Origin: Phoronis australis
Lineage: Eukaryota; Animalia; Phoronida
Assembly (NCBI GenBank): GCA_002633005.1
Contig: NMRA01000148.1
Coordinates: 744,001-808,000, forward strand
Direction of reading: 5' to 3'
Length of the DNA: 64,000 nt
The notes below the pieces were generated by a model. That model ran no database searches. It was not told the DNA's origin and worked only from the letters and a program-made list of their open reading frames with translations. A program made the translations under genes and the position numbers. Positions 1 through 13,500 of this stretch are shown one piece after another (the first letter of the stretch is position 1; each line of letters opens with the position of its first letter).

Positions 1-2945
1 GCCAGCCAGGTAGCTGTATGAAGACTAAGGTCAAAATACAGCTAGGTACCACTGTGTGTTTAGCGCAGACAGGCCTCGAAATCACACACAGCCCGGGTAG
101 TTCTGCTCATCACTTTGCCCTGAAACTTGTATCGGCATGTAGAGCTAAAGACCAGTGGGGGTGCATGCAAAGTCTGGGAGTCCACCGACACTCACCTTGC
201 CCATTACAGCTGTTTAAAAAAAACAATCAGATAAACATTTTCTTGCGTAATGCTCCGCCTTTTGTAACAATAAAAAGTAGGTCGTCGTCGTTTTGAAAAA
301 AGTACGTCCGTGTCATGCACACGTGCCATTTCCTAAATGTTTGCGACATCACTTGGGAAATGATTTCGACTTCGCATCACCAAAGTTTGTTCTGAAATTT
401 GGTTTGCTGGTATTCAAACACTAAAACCTTGTAACGAAATGAAACCAGTTACAGTAATTTGTTTTGATGGGTACGAAACCTCGTGAAAGAACAACAGTTT
501 TTTGAAGAATCGTCAAAAAAAGAAACTGGCCAATAGTGACGCAATATTTCATGGTGCCGAAAGCCGACTATAACTTAAGCGGTAGGATGACGGTAGAATG
601 CCAATTTTTTCAACATTGGTAAATAATTTTGTTCACTCAAGAAAGAGTGTAGTTTATAATGAAACTAATTTTGTGTCAGATTTTATTTGGTCATTTTGTA
701 CCCACATTGGTACAAAGCTGTATGTTTAGTATACAGCTTTGTACCAAAGCTAAGCTAAGGCATGAAGTACTTCAAAATACCTGGAAAATGGCCAGTCTAA
801 CTCATTCTGGAGTAACCTGGTGTTACCACTTTTTGCATGTTTGGTGTTTTCTGTTCATTCGAGAATGTGTTGAGAATATTCAGCCCTATATCATCTATAA
901 TCATGATTCAAATACGTAGCCCTGATCAGGCTAACATCTTAAAAATAATCTAGTGACCTCTATAACTCTAGTTCCACTGTGAAATTAATTAACAGGGAAG
1001 ACAAACATTATAAATTTAATCATAACTGTACAGGACCCATTTACTATTTATACGGTTTTCCATAATAATTGAGTACATCCTTTTAATGTGTTTAACTAGT
1101 TACCAATTTCTTGTAAGAAACAAAAAACAATCCTACCAGTCGATCAGCTGTCAAATTAGAACACCCGCAAACACTATATGACGACAACAGTAATTAGATG
1201 TTCTCGACTTACGAGCATTTATTGGTTTATACATACTATGTAGAAAGGGGATGGTCAATCACAGCATAAGTTATCCTCCATTGTGCTTAGTTTGAAAAGT
1301 CAGGTATTGCTGCTCTCTCCCCCCCCCCCCATCGTGGTTTACTGTAGGGTACAATAAAGAATGTCCAGGTCTTGTGTTTCTGGTGGTTTTGATGACTCGA
1401 TATTTGCCCACACTGTGGCTCTTTTCACTTTCCCATGGGACATCGGAGAAACGCGGACACGACACAGATAAGCGTGTTGGTGGACATGACACACTGGCGA
1501 TTGGTGTTCATACATCACTCCAATGTTCGTGGAGCTAAGAAATTTTGTGGTTTTTCTTTTATTTTCTTGTTTTTGGGGGATATTGAATTGAATTTCACTG
1601 TTGTGAGAAGCAGTGGTATGAAGGAAGGTTTAGCTATGCTGACAGTGTAGTCACTTCTCAAAACAAGGGAAATTCTGGTTTTAAACACTTTAACACTTTA
1701 CTTTAATTACAACCTGCAGTTTTCTGATGTCTAAATTGCTTAGCAATTGTCATTCCTTGGCTGGCACTGAGTTAACTGAACACTACAAAGTAGATTATAG
1801 GCTCTTGTATTGCCAAATATAAAAATAGATTTCAAAAGCTTCACTGATAAGGAATAGTGGGCATGTAATTATTTCCACTAAATTAGCTTTGGTTTAGAAC
1901 AACAAAGGATTGTGATAATCAAGTGATGGGATGTCTGGAGGAGCAGGTGAACAATAGGAGAAAAATCTGTGAATGTATGAATGTAGTATTCATGCCATAG
2001 TTGTGGGGAATCTGAATGCCAGTGTTTGCCATCTAGACTTGTTTAGGCTTGAAACTAGTGGGTATCATGTTTGTAGATCCCACCCAATGTGTTCTCTTCA
2101 ATATAACCAGTAGTGGTGTTGCTGCATGTTTAGAATTCATACTGAGACCAGAGTTAAGTACTAAGTTGGACAACTGTAACTCTGAGCCGATGTATGCCAA
2201 CCATTGTTTAGAAACTTGTTGTCTGGAGGTAATTCTTAAAATGACAGATATTTGTAATGCAAGTTTGCTTATTTTTTGCGCTTGTGTGAAAATTCAACTT
2301 ATCCAATCAGTATGACCATTGACCAAGGATATCAGTGTAGACTTCTTTAGTCATTTCATATTTCTTAGAAAACTTTTAATATTTGCCATGGTCTGGGCTA
2401 CAGACATATATCAATGTGTTCAAAGCATTGCGTTTCAATATTGTGAGTGAATCTAAATTTTAGTATACGAGCTATTTCTCAAATTACTAGTTACGCAAGA
2501 CCTTTTAAATTTTTTGTCCAAACAATCATTTTTCTTTGAGGATGGGGTCAATATTTGGCCTCAAAATCAAAGCAACGAGGACCCTGCCTACAGACCTGCT
2601 GATGGTGTCTTAAATGTAGAAATTTTAGAAAATTATATTCCGATCCTTGCTTAACTTTATCACTTCCAAGATTCACAGCACTACTAGCTTTAACCTAAAT
2701 TCATTGGTTAGCTGTTGTTTTTACCTCCAAGATTGATGAGAACATGACCGATCAAGTTCTATTATTACTCATTTTTATAGTGGCCCACAACAGGATTTTC
2801 AGTCAATTGTTTTGTAGAAGCTCTGGGTTGGTGTGTGTCTGAATCAATGGAAAACAGGTGTGAGACTTTCATGCAGTTGTGTCAGGTGATCGACTGATAA
2901 CATGGGATCTGACACCAAATAAAGAAAAGACTGTAGTAACTCCTG

Positions 2946-4301
2946 GGCCAGGTCTCCAATCTCCGTACTCAGACTCGAATCATGCTCAAACTCACACTTC
3001 ATACTCAACTCGAGTACAGACTCAGCTTTGGTGTATTCAATGTCATACTCGAAAAATCTGTACTCGAAATTTCGAGCACGTACTCGGTTTTCGAGTGTAC
3101 TCGAACTGAAGTGTATCTCATCTATATTTCGAGTACGATTTTGAGTAAAAATTCGGAGTCTATGCTCAAATTTCAAGTTTGGTTTGGCAGTGTGCTTGAA
3201 ATCGTACTCGAAAATAAATACGAGCCAGAGAACAAAATATCGAAAGGGAACCAAGAAACACAGCAAATCTAAAAAAATAAGTCCTCTTACCGTATCGCAG
3301 CACTTCAGTTTCAGTTCAGAGATAATAGTTTTCATCTTAAATCTTCTTATTCTTCACCTTATTACCCGCCGTATCACTGTATGTTATGGCCGCCATTCTA
3401 CCTCTACAATTATTCCTGGCAACAGGCGCATTGTAATCCCTTGTCGGCGAGTCATAACAAGCGTCGAAAGCAGTTGTGGGAAAAGTCGTGTGAGAAGTTT
3501 GTGCTGCCCTTATTTCGGTATGTGTGCCTACGTTTTGTAGGGTTTCCAAAAGACGGGGAGGGGAGGGAAGTTAAAAAAAGTTCGCTTCCCTGTCAGGTAC
3601 ATTTCTCATCATAACTTAGTCATCTATAATTCCTCAATCCCCAAATGGAATTCCAGATTTTGTTTGCCGATTTCTAAGTAGACATCTCGTCCCGTTCACT
3701 GCCATTGGTGAACTCTGAATGCCTGCACAAGTATTGTTTTTAACTCACGTGCCAAGTGTCAACTCACTTGATACATCCCGGTAAAATACAGTATCAAAGT
3801 TTGACATCAGCGTAGGCCTACACAGCAATGGGTTTATGTCAAGACTAAATTAGCAACAGAGATGTGATGTGATAAGCTGTTACATATTTCTTAAGACATT
3901 TTCGGGACTGGGTGAGGAACTCAAGAAGTATCAAAGAAATGGCATAAGAATATTTATTGAAACTAAAAAATGAATAACAGATGCAGAACACTCAGAATTC
4001 CACGTTATAGACATACTGTTGTAGTTGTAGCGACAGCAGACGATAATGTAGGCCTAGTTCTTGGAGTAGTCTATTCCAATAGGGAGCGATGAATCACCGC
4101 GGCTTTGCGTGATTTTGCATTTCACATCATAAAGAGTTCCATAGCAACTCGAGTATGAGTGTCAGATTTGAGTACGTTTGGAGTCTACTCGAAATACGAC
4201 ATTAGATACACTTTTTTGAGTACGACTCCAGTGAGCATGATTTTGAGTATGAAATCTCGAGTATGAGTATGAGTCTGAGTACGGAGATTGGAGACCGGGC
4301 C
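2946..4301. mobile_element. Non-autonomous PIF/Harbinger-like DNA transposon (1.36 kb)
   Basis: TIR GGCC(A/C)GGTCTCCAATCTCCGTACTCAGACTC (31 bp, 1 mismatch), CTG on both flanks (CWG target-site duplication), dense subterminal TACTCGA/TCGAGTA motifs. Confidence 0.8.
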
Positions 4302-5089
4302 CTGATATATCCAGGAGGTGATAAGAGCCACTGGTCCCACATGAACAGCTCCCATTTGCTTCATGAAAGACTTCCCTTAAAATTTGAAAAGAGTTTGCAT
4401 GTTTTAGTTCTGAGGAGAATTCAATCTATTTACCAATTTGTAATGCTTTAAATGCTGTATATCCAAGTTTTTTGGTGTGATAAAATATGTACCAGTATAT
4501 GCAGAGATTTGATCTGTCCAACCAGACTGTATCATCTTCTGAGTTAGCAAAAATGCAAGGCTCGTGGTTTATAACAATGTGTTGTAGAATCTCACAAATT
4601 TTGGACAAAATGAATTGCCAAAGTCGACCTTTATTCAATACTTAAAGACTTGCATGAATATCCAATATTTCTCAAAACATTGCCAGATGGTGACTATGTT
4701 ATAGAATTTTTAAATGGTGGTCCATTTGGTGCCACTTAATTTTCATAAAAATGAAATGAAATAAAAATCTTTATTGTCCACCATGTTATGTCTTAAGTAG
4801 GTGAGATTTTACCAGAGGTTTGAAAGTTGACTCAAAATCAAATTTTCGATAAGTGATATATCTTTGACCTGAACTCACTTCAAACAGTGGTAACCCAGAT
4901 TCCGAGATACATATCAAGAGTCGTGCCCACAACAATCAGCAGCAATGTTTGTTGTGAACATGAACTTGAATCATGTTATAACATCTGCCTATATTTGCTA
5001 ATTGTATTGGGTTCACCCATGATTAGATAGTAAGTTGAACTTTAGGACAATACGCTAATTCTTGGCTTATTTCGCAGGTAGTTGAGTTT

Positions 5090-5572
5090 ACGTTGGACCT
5101 TATCGACTTGTTGATGTCTTAAGCCAAATGTGTACAAACCTATTGATTTTAACTCTGTAGAAGTATACATTTTCTGAAAGTAGAAAGCCTTTACACTTTG
5201 ATTTCTGACTTTATACCTGTGTGTTATTATTTGGATGAGGTAACCATGTTATTTTTGTAAAATTTAACAAAAAAGCTATATCCATTGTAAAACAACGGTA
5301 TCCATAGCATAACAAAATTTAATTTTGTACAAATGTTCAAGATGAAATTTCAAAACCAGTTTTCTAAATGTCGCTTCTTTAGATGCAACTTTTGATTTTT
5401 GTAAATAAAAATCAGTGAAGTTTGATAGTCCCTCATACAAAGATGGACATTTTTAAAAACAATTCTTTACAGAGTTTTGGAGAACAGTGTTTAAAGCGTG
5501 GTATCTGAAAGTTTATATCAATCTAAAGTTTTCCAAATTTGGCCATTTTTCGAGGGTCCTTACATAGCCTTA
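5090..5572. repeat. Dispersed ~480-bp repeat family ending at TTAA (possibly Kolobok-like); other copies ~8740-9036, ~22240-22720, ~59040-59240, ~60620-61192 (reverse)
   Basis: Shared blocks AAAGTAGAAAG, AAATGTTCAAGATGAAAT, CAAAGATGGACATTTTTAAAAAC, CCAAATTTGG...GGGTCCT(T)ACATA.CC(T)TTAA. Confidence 0.6.
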
Positions 5573-7331
5573 AGTCAAATTTCTCAATAAAAATATAAAA
5601 ATTAAGATTGTTTTAGTTTATTATCAAATTGGTTTGAACTGTATAGAAGTTATAAAACAACATTCTGAATAGCAATGTGTCTTTGAAAAATATAATTTTC
5701 ATCAGTTTTGACAATTTTGGAAAAAAACAACTGACAAAATTACTTTTCTTCACTTTTCAAAGGCTTGTAACATTGCTGTGAATGCCCACAATCTTTTCAA
5801 AATGTTGTTTAGATGGTAACTGTGGTATTGAACGTGAGGGAAACATTGATTTGGTGCTACTTATCTTTTATGAAACAAGTGACAAAATAAACTTTCACTT
5901 GTCTACCATGTTATGTCCTAAATTAGAGATTTTTTCCGTAAATGAAACGAAGTTGTTATAGTGGCCAAATGGTGACACTGTTGTTTTCTCCACCGAAAAA
6001 CTGCTAGAGTTTTTGCCACACAGTTCCACCTACTAAATATCATGCACCTCATCACCTATGCGATCACAATCTATGGTATGTAATTGTCACGTCGCTTAGA
6101 CATTTTTCTGTTCATTGTGACCTATTATATCACTCAGATACTATTCTAGTCTGTATCCCAACTTGGGCGGTTATCTGGAACACATTTAGGCTATCCAACA
6201 AAGGTCTATGTTGTACATTTGGTGATAAGTCATTGTAGGATTCATGCTTTGGGTCTGTTTTTCAGTACCTGTCAGTTTCCTGCAGGCAGGTTCTTTGGTC
6301 ACATCTACCAATCCTTGACAGAAGTGATAAGCTGTGGAAGGGGTGTAGTAATGTAGCAAAGATAACCATACTAATAATATTGATTGAACTTAGTGGTCAG
6401 TACTTCTGGTAAAAAACGCTTTCAAAACTAGCTTGCAGGGAAACGAGATGTAAAGCAGACCTAAAGGGGTTCAGTGGGGTCCAGACCTCCCTCTCCAGTG
6501 TGCTACAAAAATTGCATGGTCAGAGTGAATTGAGATTTTTTGGTTTGGTACTAGTATTTACTGATTTATAGAAAGTGTGATTCAGCATATGAAAAGGATG
6601 CTAAAAATAATGCTCCAAAGTTTTTGTAAATGATATCTACTGATCGTGAATGAATATTGGCTGTCTTGTGCGTTCAAGATGGATTCAATACAATCCGATG
6701 ATTCTTTGAATTTCAGTTAATATTTTTTGTGAGGATGTATGGTGCAGGTGGATATCAAGAACAGTTAGAAAATGGAAGTATTTTGCAATATCCCACAGTT
6801 TCTTGTAGCACAATTAAATCGGGCATTCCAGACTGTGCAAGTCAAAGTTAATATATCAAGCTGTGTATGTAGAGGATATTGATTTCTTTATGTTCTCTGT
6901 GTGTCATGCATGCTGCTTGTTCACATTAGCTATACAAAAACAAGTTCCTTCACTTGCACATTTCTAATATTTCTTGTTCTCGGCTGTTCGGAGGAAAGCA
7001 AGTGTTTTGTTATACGATTCCTTGGTTATCGTAGACATTTTCTAAATTAATCAAATTTGTCTATTTAATTATGCACACAGCATTTCATTAATGATGTTTG
7101 TGAGTCCAAATTGCTTTCCACTAGTGTTAACTCTGAAATACATAAACTAAGATGGCATAATCAAGTAATTAATTAAGATGTGGGTAAATTAATTGATTAA
7201 TTTCAAACATGCGTAGGATAGACAGGGAATTATATTTTAAAGAGTGTTATCAAAAACTTTCTCGTTGCCAATTTTAGTCACTTCTTCTTTTCTGAAATGT
7301 TTTTACGAGAGATTCAATTCCCTTTTCACAG

Positions 7332-7524
7332 CGGAGGTGGTCAAGCTTCAGAATCATCTAAGCTTGCTGCGTGAAGAATATGTGAAGCTGCAGAACAAGC
7401 TAGCCACCCTTGAGAAGAAGTATCAGGTGGCGCTTGCGTCTTCTGGTAAAGGAGACCAGGAAGATGGGTTTGTTTCAAGACTTCTCAAGACTGTGTCAGA
7501 GCTCTTTGATAAGGACTTGTACAG
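7332..7524 (+). CDS. ANKFY1: ANKFY1 exon (N-terminal coiled coil)
   Basis: ttcacag| acceptor, |gtacag donor; EVVKLQNHLSLLREEYVKLQ...FVSRLLKTVSELFDKDLY. Confidence 0.92.
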
Positions 7525-10500
7525 GTACAGATCAATCAGGATGCGTTATCTAAATTGGGGTACTCGTAAATAAACATCGCCATATTTTCTATCAAAGTTG
7601 GCCATGGATGCCAACAAGTCGTACTTAGAAACCAGAGTAATCTGATTGGCTGGCTCATCGTGTAATAGAAAAGCACCTCACACATTTTAAGGAATTCACC
7701 CATAATGCAATACACGTGTCGAGCACTTGTACTGGGAACTGTTTCTTGACATTTGATTAAAAATCATTTTTGGATGATTTTGCCTTGTTTCATGAAAATT
7801 GACTAAGGCTTAGTCAGAAAATCTGTCTACAACTCGCGAGACAGAAATCTGTTGCTGCTTGGGAGCAGGCTAAAACGCCAAAGCCATCAACACGACTTTA
7901 GAATTGCAAACTTCAGCTCTCAAAAGTTTTGCACTGAGTGCAGCCATTTTGCAGAATGCGGTCGTGTAATACTATTAGCTTAAATTTCATTTCTGACAAG
8001 GAATAGAAAGAAGCCAAAACTTGAGAAATGTAAAAGACAAGAAATACCCTTTTGACTATTCATTGTCAGATATATGACTTTTAGCTTAAGTCAAAAGGCA
8101 AAATATAATCATCTCTTCGAGAAACTGGTCCCTGCTTCTTCAAGTGCATTAATGATTTTATTGTTATATTATTCAACATCGTAATTTGTAATGCAGCCAA
8201 ATTGTATTTATGCCTTTTGAGTTGCAATTCCGTCTCCAAAAAGTTGTCAGAGAAGGGCAAACTTCAGTGCTAGATGTGCTTCCCTTGTTAATCAACTTAG
8301 GAGTGCCTGACATTTTAAGAAGTAGGTCAGTCGTGCTGTTTACTTTTCTACCTCTGTCCAATAGAGTTGAATCCAGGACAGGCCTTTTTAACATTATGTG
8401 GCCAGTTGGAAGGTGTTCTTGTTCATATGCTGTGTATGGGCATATTTAGGCTATATCTGCAGTTAGCTTACATGTTAAACACTTAAAAGAATTTGAAAAA
8501 TTTCAAAATAACATTTGAGTAAAGCTTTACTTGTAAATTGCTACAAAACAATTTAAGTTGTCACGTCCTCTTTTTAACATTTATTTATTTAACATTTATT
8601 TATTTAACATTTATTTATTTAACATTTATTTATTTAACATTTATTTATTTAACATTTATTTATTTAACATTTATTTATTTAACATTGTCTTGGACAAGCT
8701 TATGTATTTAGCTAAATACCTACAAAACAATAAATTTATAAAAAGTGTGTTGACCATATCATTTTACATGTTAAATGTTCAAGATGAAATTTAAAAAATC
8801 CTGTTACAGTTTTCCATTTTCGATTGATACAACTTATGAGTTTTTTCATGGAAATCATAAAAGTGTATTTTTGATAGACCCTCTTGCAAAAGTGGAACAT
8901 TTTAAAAACGATTCCTAACAGTGTTGCTAAGAACAGTGCATCAAGCAAAGTGTCTAAAAATTTCATACGAATCCAGTTAGCCGTTTCTGAGTTAGCCAAA
9001 TTTGGACATTTTTCTAGGGTCCTACATACCCTTTAATGAAAAGCTTTAAGAATAGACAAAATACACAGTGTAGCGCGAACACTGTGTTTATTAAGACCAT
9101 GCCCATGCCAGTATGCATGGGGTTAGTGAACACTGTGTTTATTAAGACCATGCCCATGCCAGTATGCATGGGGTTAGTGAACACTGTGTTTGCTATGACC
9201 ATGCCCATGCCAGTATGCATGGTGTTATTCTGGTACCAATAAGTAAAGCTGAGATACATGAGAATTACTTGAACAACATTTTTGATAAAAGGCACGCTAT
9301 CCATGATAGGCACGTGGGCCTGTACATGCTCACATACATCATAGTCAGTTGCCTGCATATATCAACCCATACACACACATTCATATATACATGTATGCAC
9401 ACACACACACATACTGCGAAGATTCATTCATGTATTAGAAGCTAATATGATGGAATTGTGGTTAAATTTCTTGGCAAACCAAATGGAAATTGTGTACTGT
9501 GTAACTTCAAAAGCATTTGACAATTTTTAACATCTTCAGCAATGTGGCAAACCTTTAAACATAACTAAAATAAAAATGGCACATTTTATAAATGTTTTAT
9601 CCAAAACTGGTTACTTCACTGTACATCCAATATCATCAATGGCTCCATCCTTATGACTGCTCAATGATTTGTCTTTTCATGTTTCAGTGACCTTGTTGTA
9701 AAAGTTCCAAATGGTGAGATCAAGGCTCACAGATTTGTGCTGGCTGCCCGCAGTGACTATTGGGGTGTTGACAACTTATCTACAGTCAGCGAGCTGGACT
9801 TTACTGGTGTGTCGCATTCAGCATTTAAAAACCCTTATTGATTCGAATTTTTTTTGTAAAATATGTTTATTAGTAGATGCATGTTCGTTGTTTTCATATT
9901 ATGTTCTCAACTTCTAAAAAATTTATTTTCATGGAATTTTATTTTTAGCCTGGTGCTGCTGAATGCCATTATGAGAATTCAGTGACTGGTGTGTGCTGAA
10001 TTATTTGTTTTTTAAAGTTTAGGACCATGTTCATGCCTGAACATTACTGAAAATTCTCCCCTACAATGATGCAATTTTCACATTCTTGACTTTTGATTTT
10101 TCAAAGCAGTCACTATTAAGTAGGATCCTCAATCCCTTAATTTCAGGGCCGAATATCAACCCAATTCCTCCTCTGAAAAATATTTTAAAATTGCACAAAA
10201 TTCCCCTTGTCAGGCACAAAAATTCCTCAAGTGATTACAAAATTCCCCTTGAGGTTTGAATCACTTGTAACTCACACCGGTTACGATTTGAAATGGCACA
10301 AATTGTTAGTTGAAGCAGAGATGATGAGGGGGAGGCGGAGGTGATGGGGGGGGAGGTGGAGGTGATGGGGGGGAGGGGGGGAGTTTTCTCCTCACCCGAA
10401 AGATGCCTCTCTCAGGGAGTTCAGTGGTTTTGGTCAGATGAGCAGTACTAAACAACAAACTTAGAGAACTAAGAACTGACCTAATTTGACCACTTTCTCT

Positions 10501-13500
10501 GGGACCTCACTTGTCGTACTGAGATCATTAGCATCAGTCTTGCAAATATAATATAACCTAGAGGCAATCTTACAACATTGAAATTTGATTTAAAATAAAG
10601 TAAAAATGTGCAATGTTATTGTAACCCAATAAAACATGCTTCTTGATTTTCTTTTAAAAAAATTTAACAAATATTTTCACTGTACAGTACGTGAACTGCA
10701 TCAGGTTTTATGAATGACAAGATAACTTATGACCACATGATAAACACAGGTTAGTTCATATGGGATTTTGGTATGGGAAGTGAAGTGGTACTTTGAATTG
10801 ACTTCTGGAGTTTTTGAAGTCAGCATTTTCGAATTTGGCCAATTTGCCCTACGTTTGCTGTGGAAAATGCTGGCACTCAAATAATTGATTAGAATCATGT
10901 GTTATAATGAGAGGAAATTTTTAAGAACAGCACCAGATTGGTAGGGCATGAATGACCTGTTACTGTTATATGCAGGAGTGCCTGGTGATGTAGCTCACTG
11001 TCTTCTGAAGTGGGTGTACACAGACAATATTGACATCAAGTCGGATGACACGTTCCTGCTTGAGTTGCTCAAGGTTGCTGGCAAATTCCGACTGACTGTA
11101 CTTAAGGAGAGGTATGTTGCTCTTAAAGGAATTAGATATCACCAATGTAATAGGTATTGACATGAAAGATTCCAACTATAAACTTCTGAGCAGGCTGACA
11201 TTGTGGTTATGTCGGATATTATCGAATAGTCTGCGTACTGGAGAATAGGTTCGTCACTGGTCTCTAGAGGCATTGTAGATGTAAAAAGTCACTTACTTAG
11301 AGATGTGGTTGGTTGTTAGCAGACGTTTCGACCTGGTCCGCCAGGTCTTTGTCGATGAATGAGGGATTTCCCCCCTTTCGCTCGAAACGCCTTCAACACA
11401 CCTACAGAATCCATGGAATTTCCTGTTACATGAAACCTATCAACAACCTCCGTTCCCTACTAGTCAGACCCAAAGACCCAACCCCAATGGCTAAACAATG
11501 TGGGGTCATATACCAGCTGAAATGTGACCAGGATCCCAACCACACCTACACCAGAGAAACCAAGAGACCGTTCCTAACCAGATTCAAAGAACATCTGAAA
11601 CTAGACTGACCAACAGCTGTGGGAGAGCATATTTTGGCGACTGGGCACACCATCTCTCTTGCGTCATCCAGGATCCTAGCCAAGGAACAAAATTGGCATA
11701 CTTGTAATTAAGCTTAAAGAAGCCCCCTCCTTAACCGGGACAGAGGACTCCACTTACCCCCGTGTACTATAGCATTCTTAACGAGCGAAAGGCGGGAAAT
11801 CCCTCATTCATCGACAAAGACCTGGCGGACCAGGTGGAAACGTCTGCTAACAACCAACCACATCTCTAAGTAAGTGACTTTTTACATCTTGTCTGCGTAG
11901 TTAACCAAATATCTGTAAAGTTATGGACTCAGTAAAAATATATATTTTTTGAAAGCAGAAGACCTGTAGAATTTGATTTTTTTGATTTTAACAACCTGCC
12001 ATTTTATTGGTCATGTCTTTTTGGTAATGTAATGTAACTTAATTCTAAAAGGGATTCTTGTGATAAATACTAGTACTCTTATACATCATTGCATGCTTTC
12101 ATCAGTTCATAAAACTAAATTCACAATTTCTTACTTTTCTTGCAAAGTTTTATTTACCACCAGGAAGTAGCTTGTAGATAATTGCCATTTACACTGTGTG
12201 GGCCTTTTTGCAGATGTGAGACTGCCTTGATGTCATCTGTGAATGTCAGAAACTGCATTAAATTATATCAGACAGCTGAGGAGATTGGTGCTGAGAAACT
12301 GAAGAACCATTGTTCCGAACTTATTTCTAGTCATTGGGTAAGTGCTGGGAAAATTCTCAAGTTTTGGATAGGGAAAATTGATTATTTTGGTCAAGGTCAG
12401 GGCTTGTACCAAATTTTAGAATTAGGCGATAGAGAGTGTCCGGAAATATGAGAATTGTGATAATGACCAACGGTCATTAACTCTGATGTTATACACTATT
12501 GGTATGCTTGAAATTGTGTTGGTGGATATTTTCAATAATTACATGAACTGCGAAATCTATTTTGAGTCCCTGTTAATACAAAACGCAATGTCCAAAATTT
12601 GAGAAACAATATCGGCTTGGCTTGATTAAGTGCCTGTCCTTGGATAAGCGCAGGTCTCAAATTGTCGCCAGCTCAATTAGTTCCAGGTCTTGAATAAGCA
12701 CCGAGGTTTGATTAAGCGTCTGGTACACAGCACTGAAGTAGTCGAAAAATAGTGATAACTTGAGTATTTATTTGAGTTGGTTGGATTTAAAGACATGAAC
12801 GGCATCCAAAAGCAAACTTTTTAATCCTGACCGAGGATATGGTAATTACTAGGCTCGGTGTATGACTTTGAGAGTTAATGCCATTAGAACTATGTTGATT
12901 CCTAAGCTAGATGAGGTCTACGATATGTTTGGAATAACTCTTCCAAAAATAATGGTTAGCCAATTGCGGAATAAGAACTTGGTCTCATAAAAGCACTGGA
13001 TTGTTTATAAGCGCCAGGGGTCTTAAAGATGTATTTGCTGCTCCTAACTAAGTATGCTAATGTATAGCCGGAAATAAATGACATTGCTATTTGAATATCA
13101 TTCTACGCTAAACAAAGTGCAGTTGTATTCACTGATAACTTGTACCTGTGAAAACAACAAATTCTGCAAATAGGTGACCTTTGCACTATTGACGTACCGT
13201 GGGGGCTCACATAGCCCACATCATGCAGTGTTATTCCCCAGCACCACTGGACACGGTTGAGTGATTTACGGCAGATCACTTTCGACACAAAACTCGTTCT
13301 TAAAAACATTTGGCAATTTCCGACCTACTTCATATTCACAACGTCGCTTTATGTTGCATTTCTAACTAATTTTGCCAAGCAATTACAGAGATAAGGAATT
13401 AACTTGCAAGTTCCATGTTAAGTTTACACGACTGCCAAATATGCATCTGGGATTTTAATCGATCCTCCTATTAAACACGCTTTATATAAAAATCTTATTA

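Noticed and set aside
2844-3335. 163-aa ORF and overlapping ORFs
   Set aside because: They lie in the repetitive subterminal region of the Harbinger-like element and show no recognisable protein motif
8558-9358. ORFs with repeating peptides (FNIYL; NPMHTGMGMV)
   Set aside because: Translations of 15-bp and 51-bp tandem repeats, with no splice or homology support
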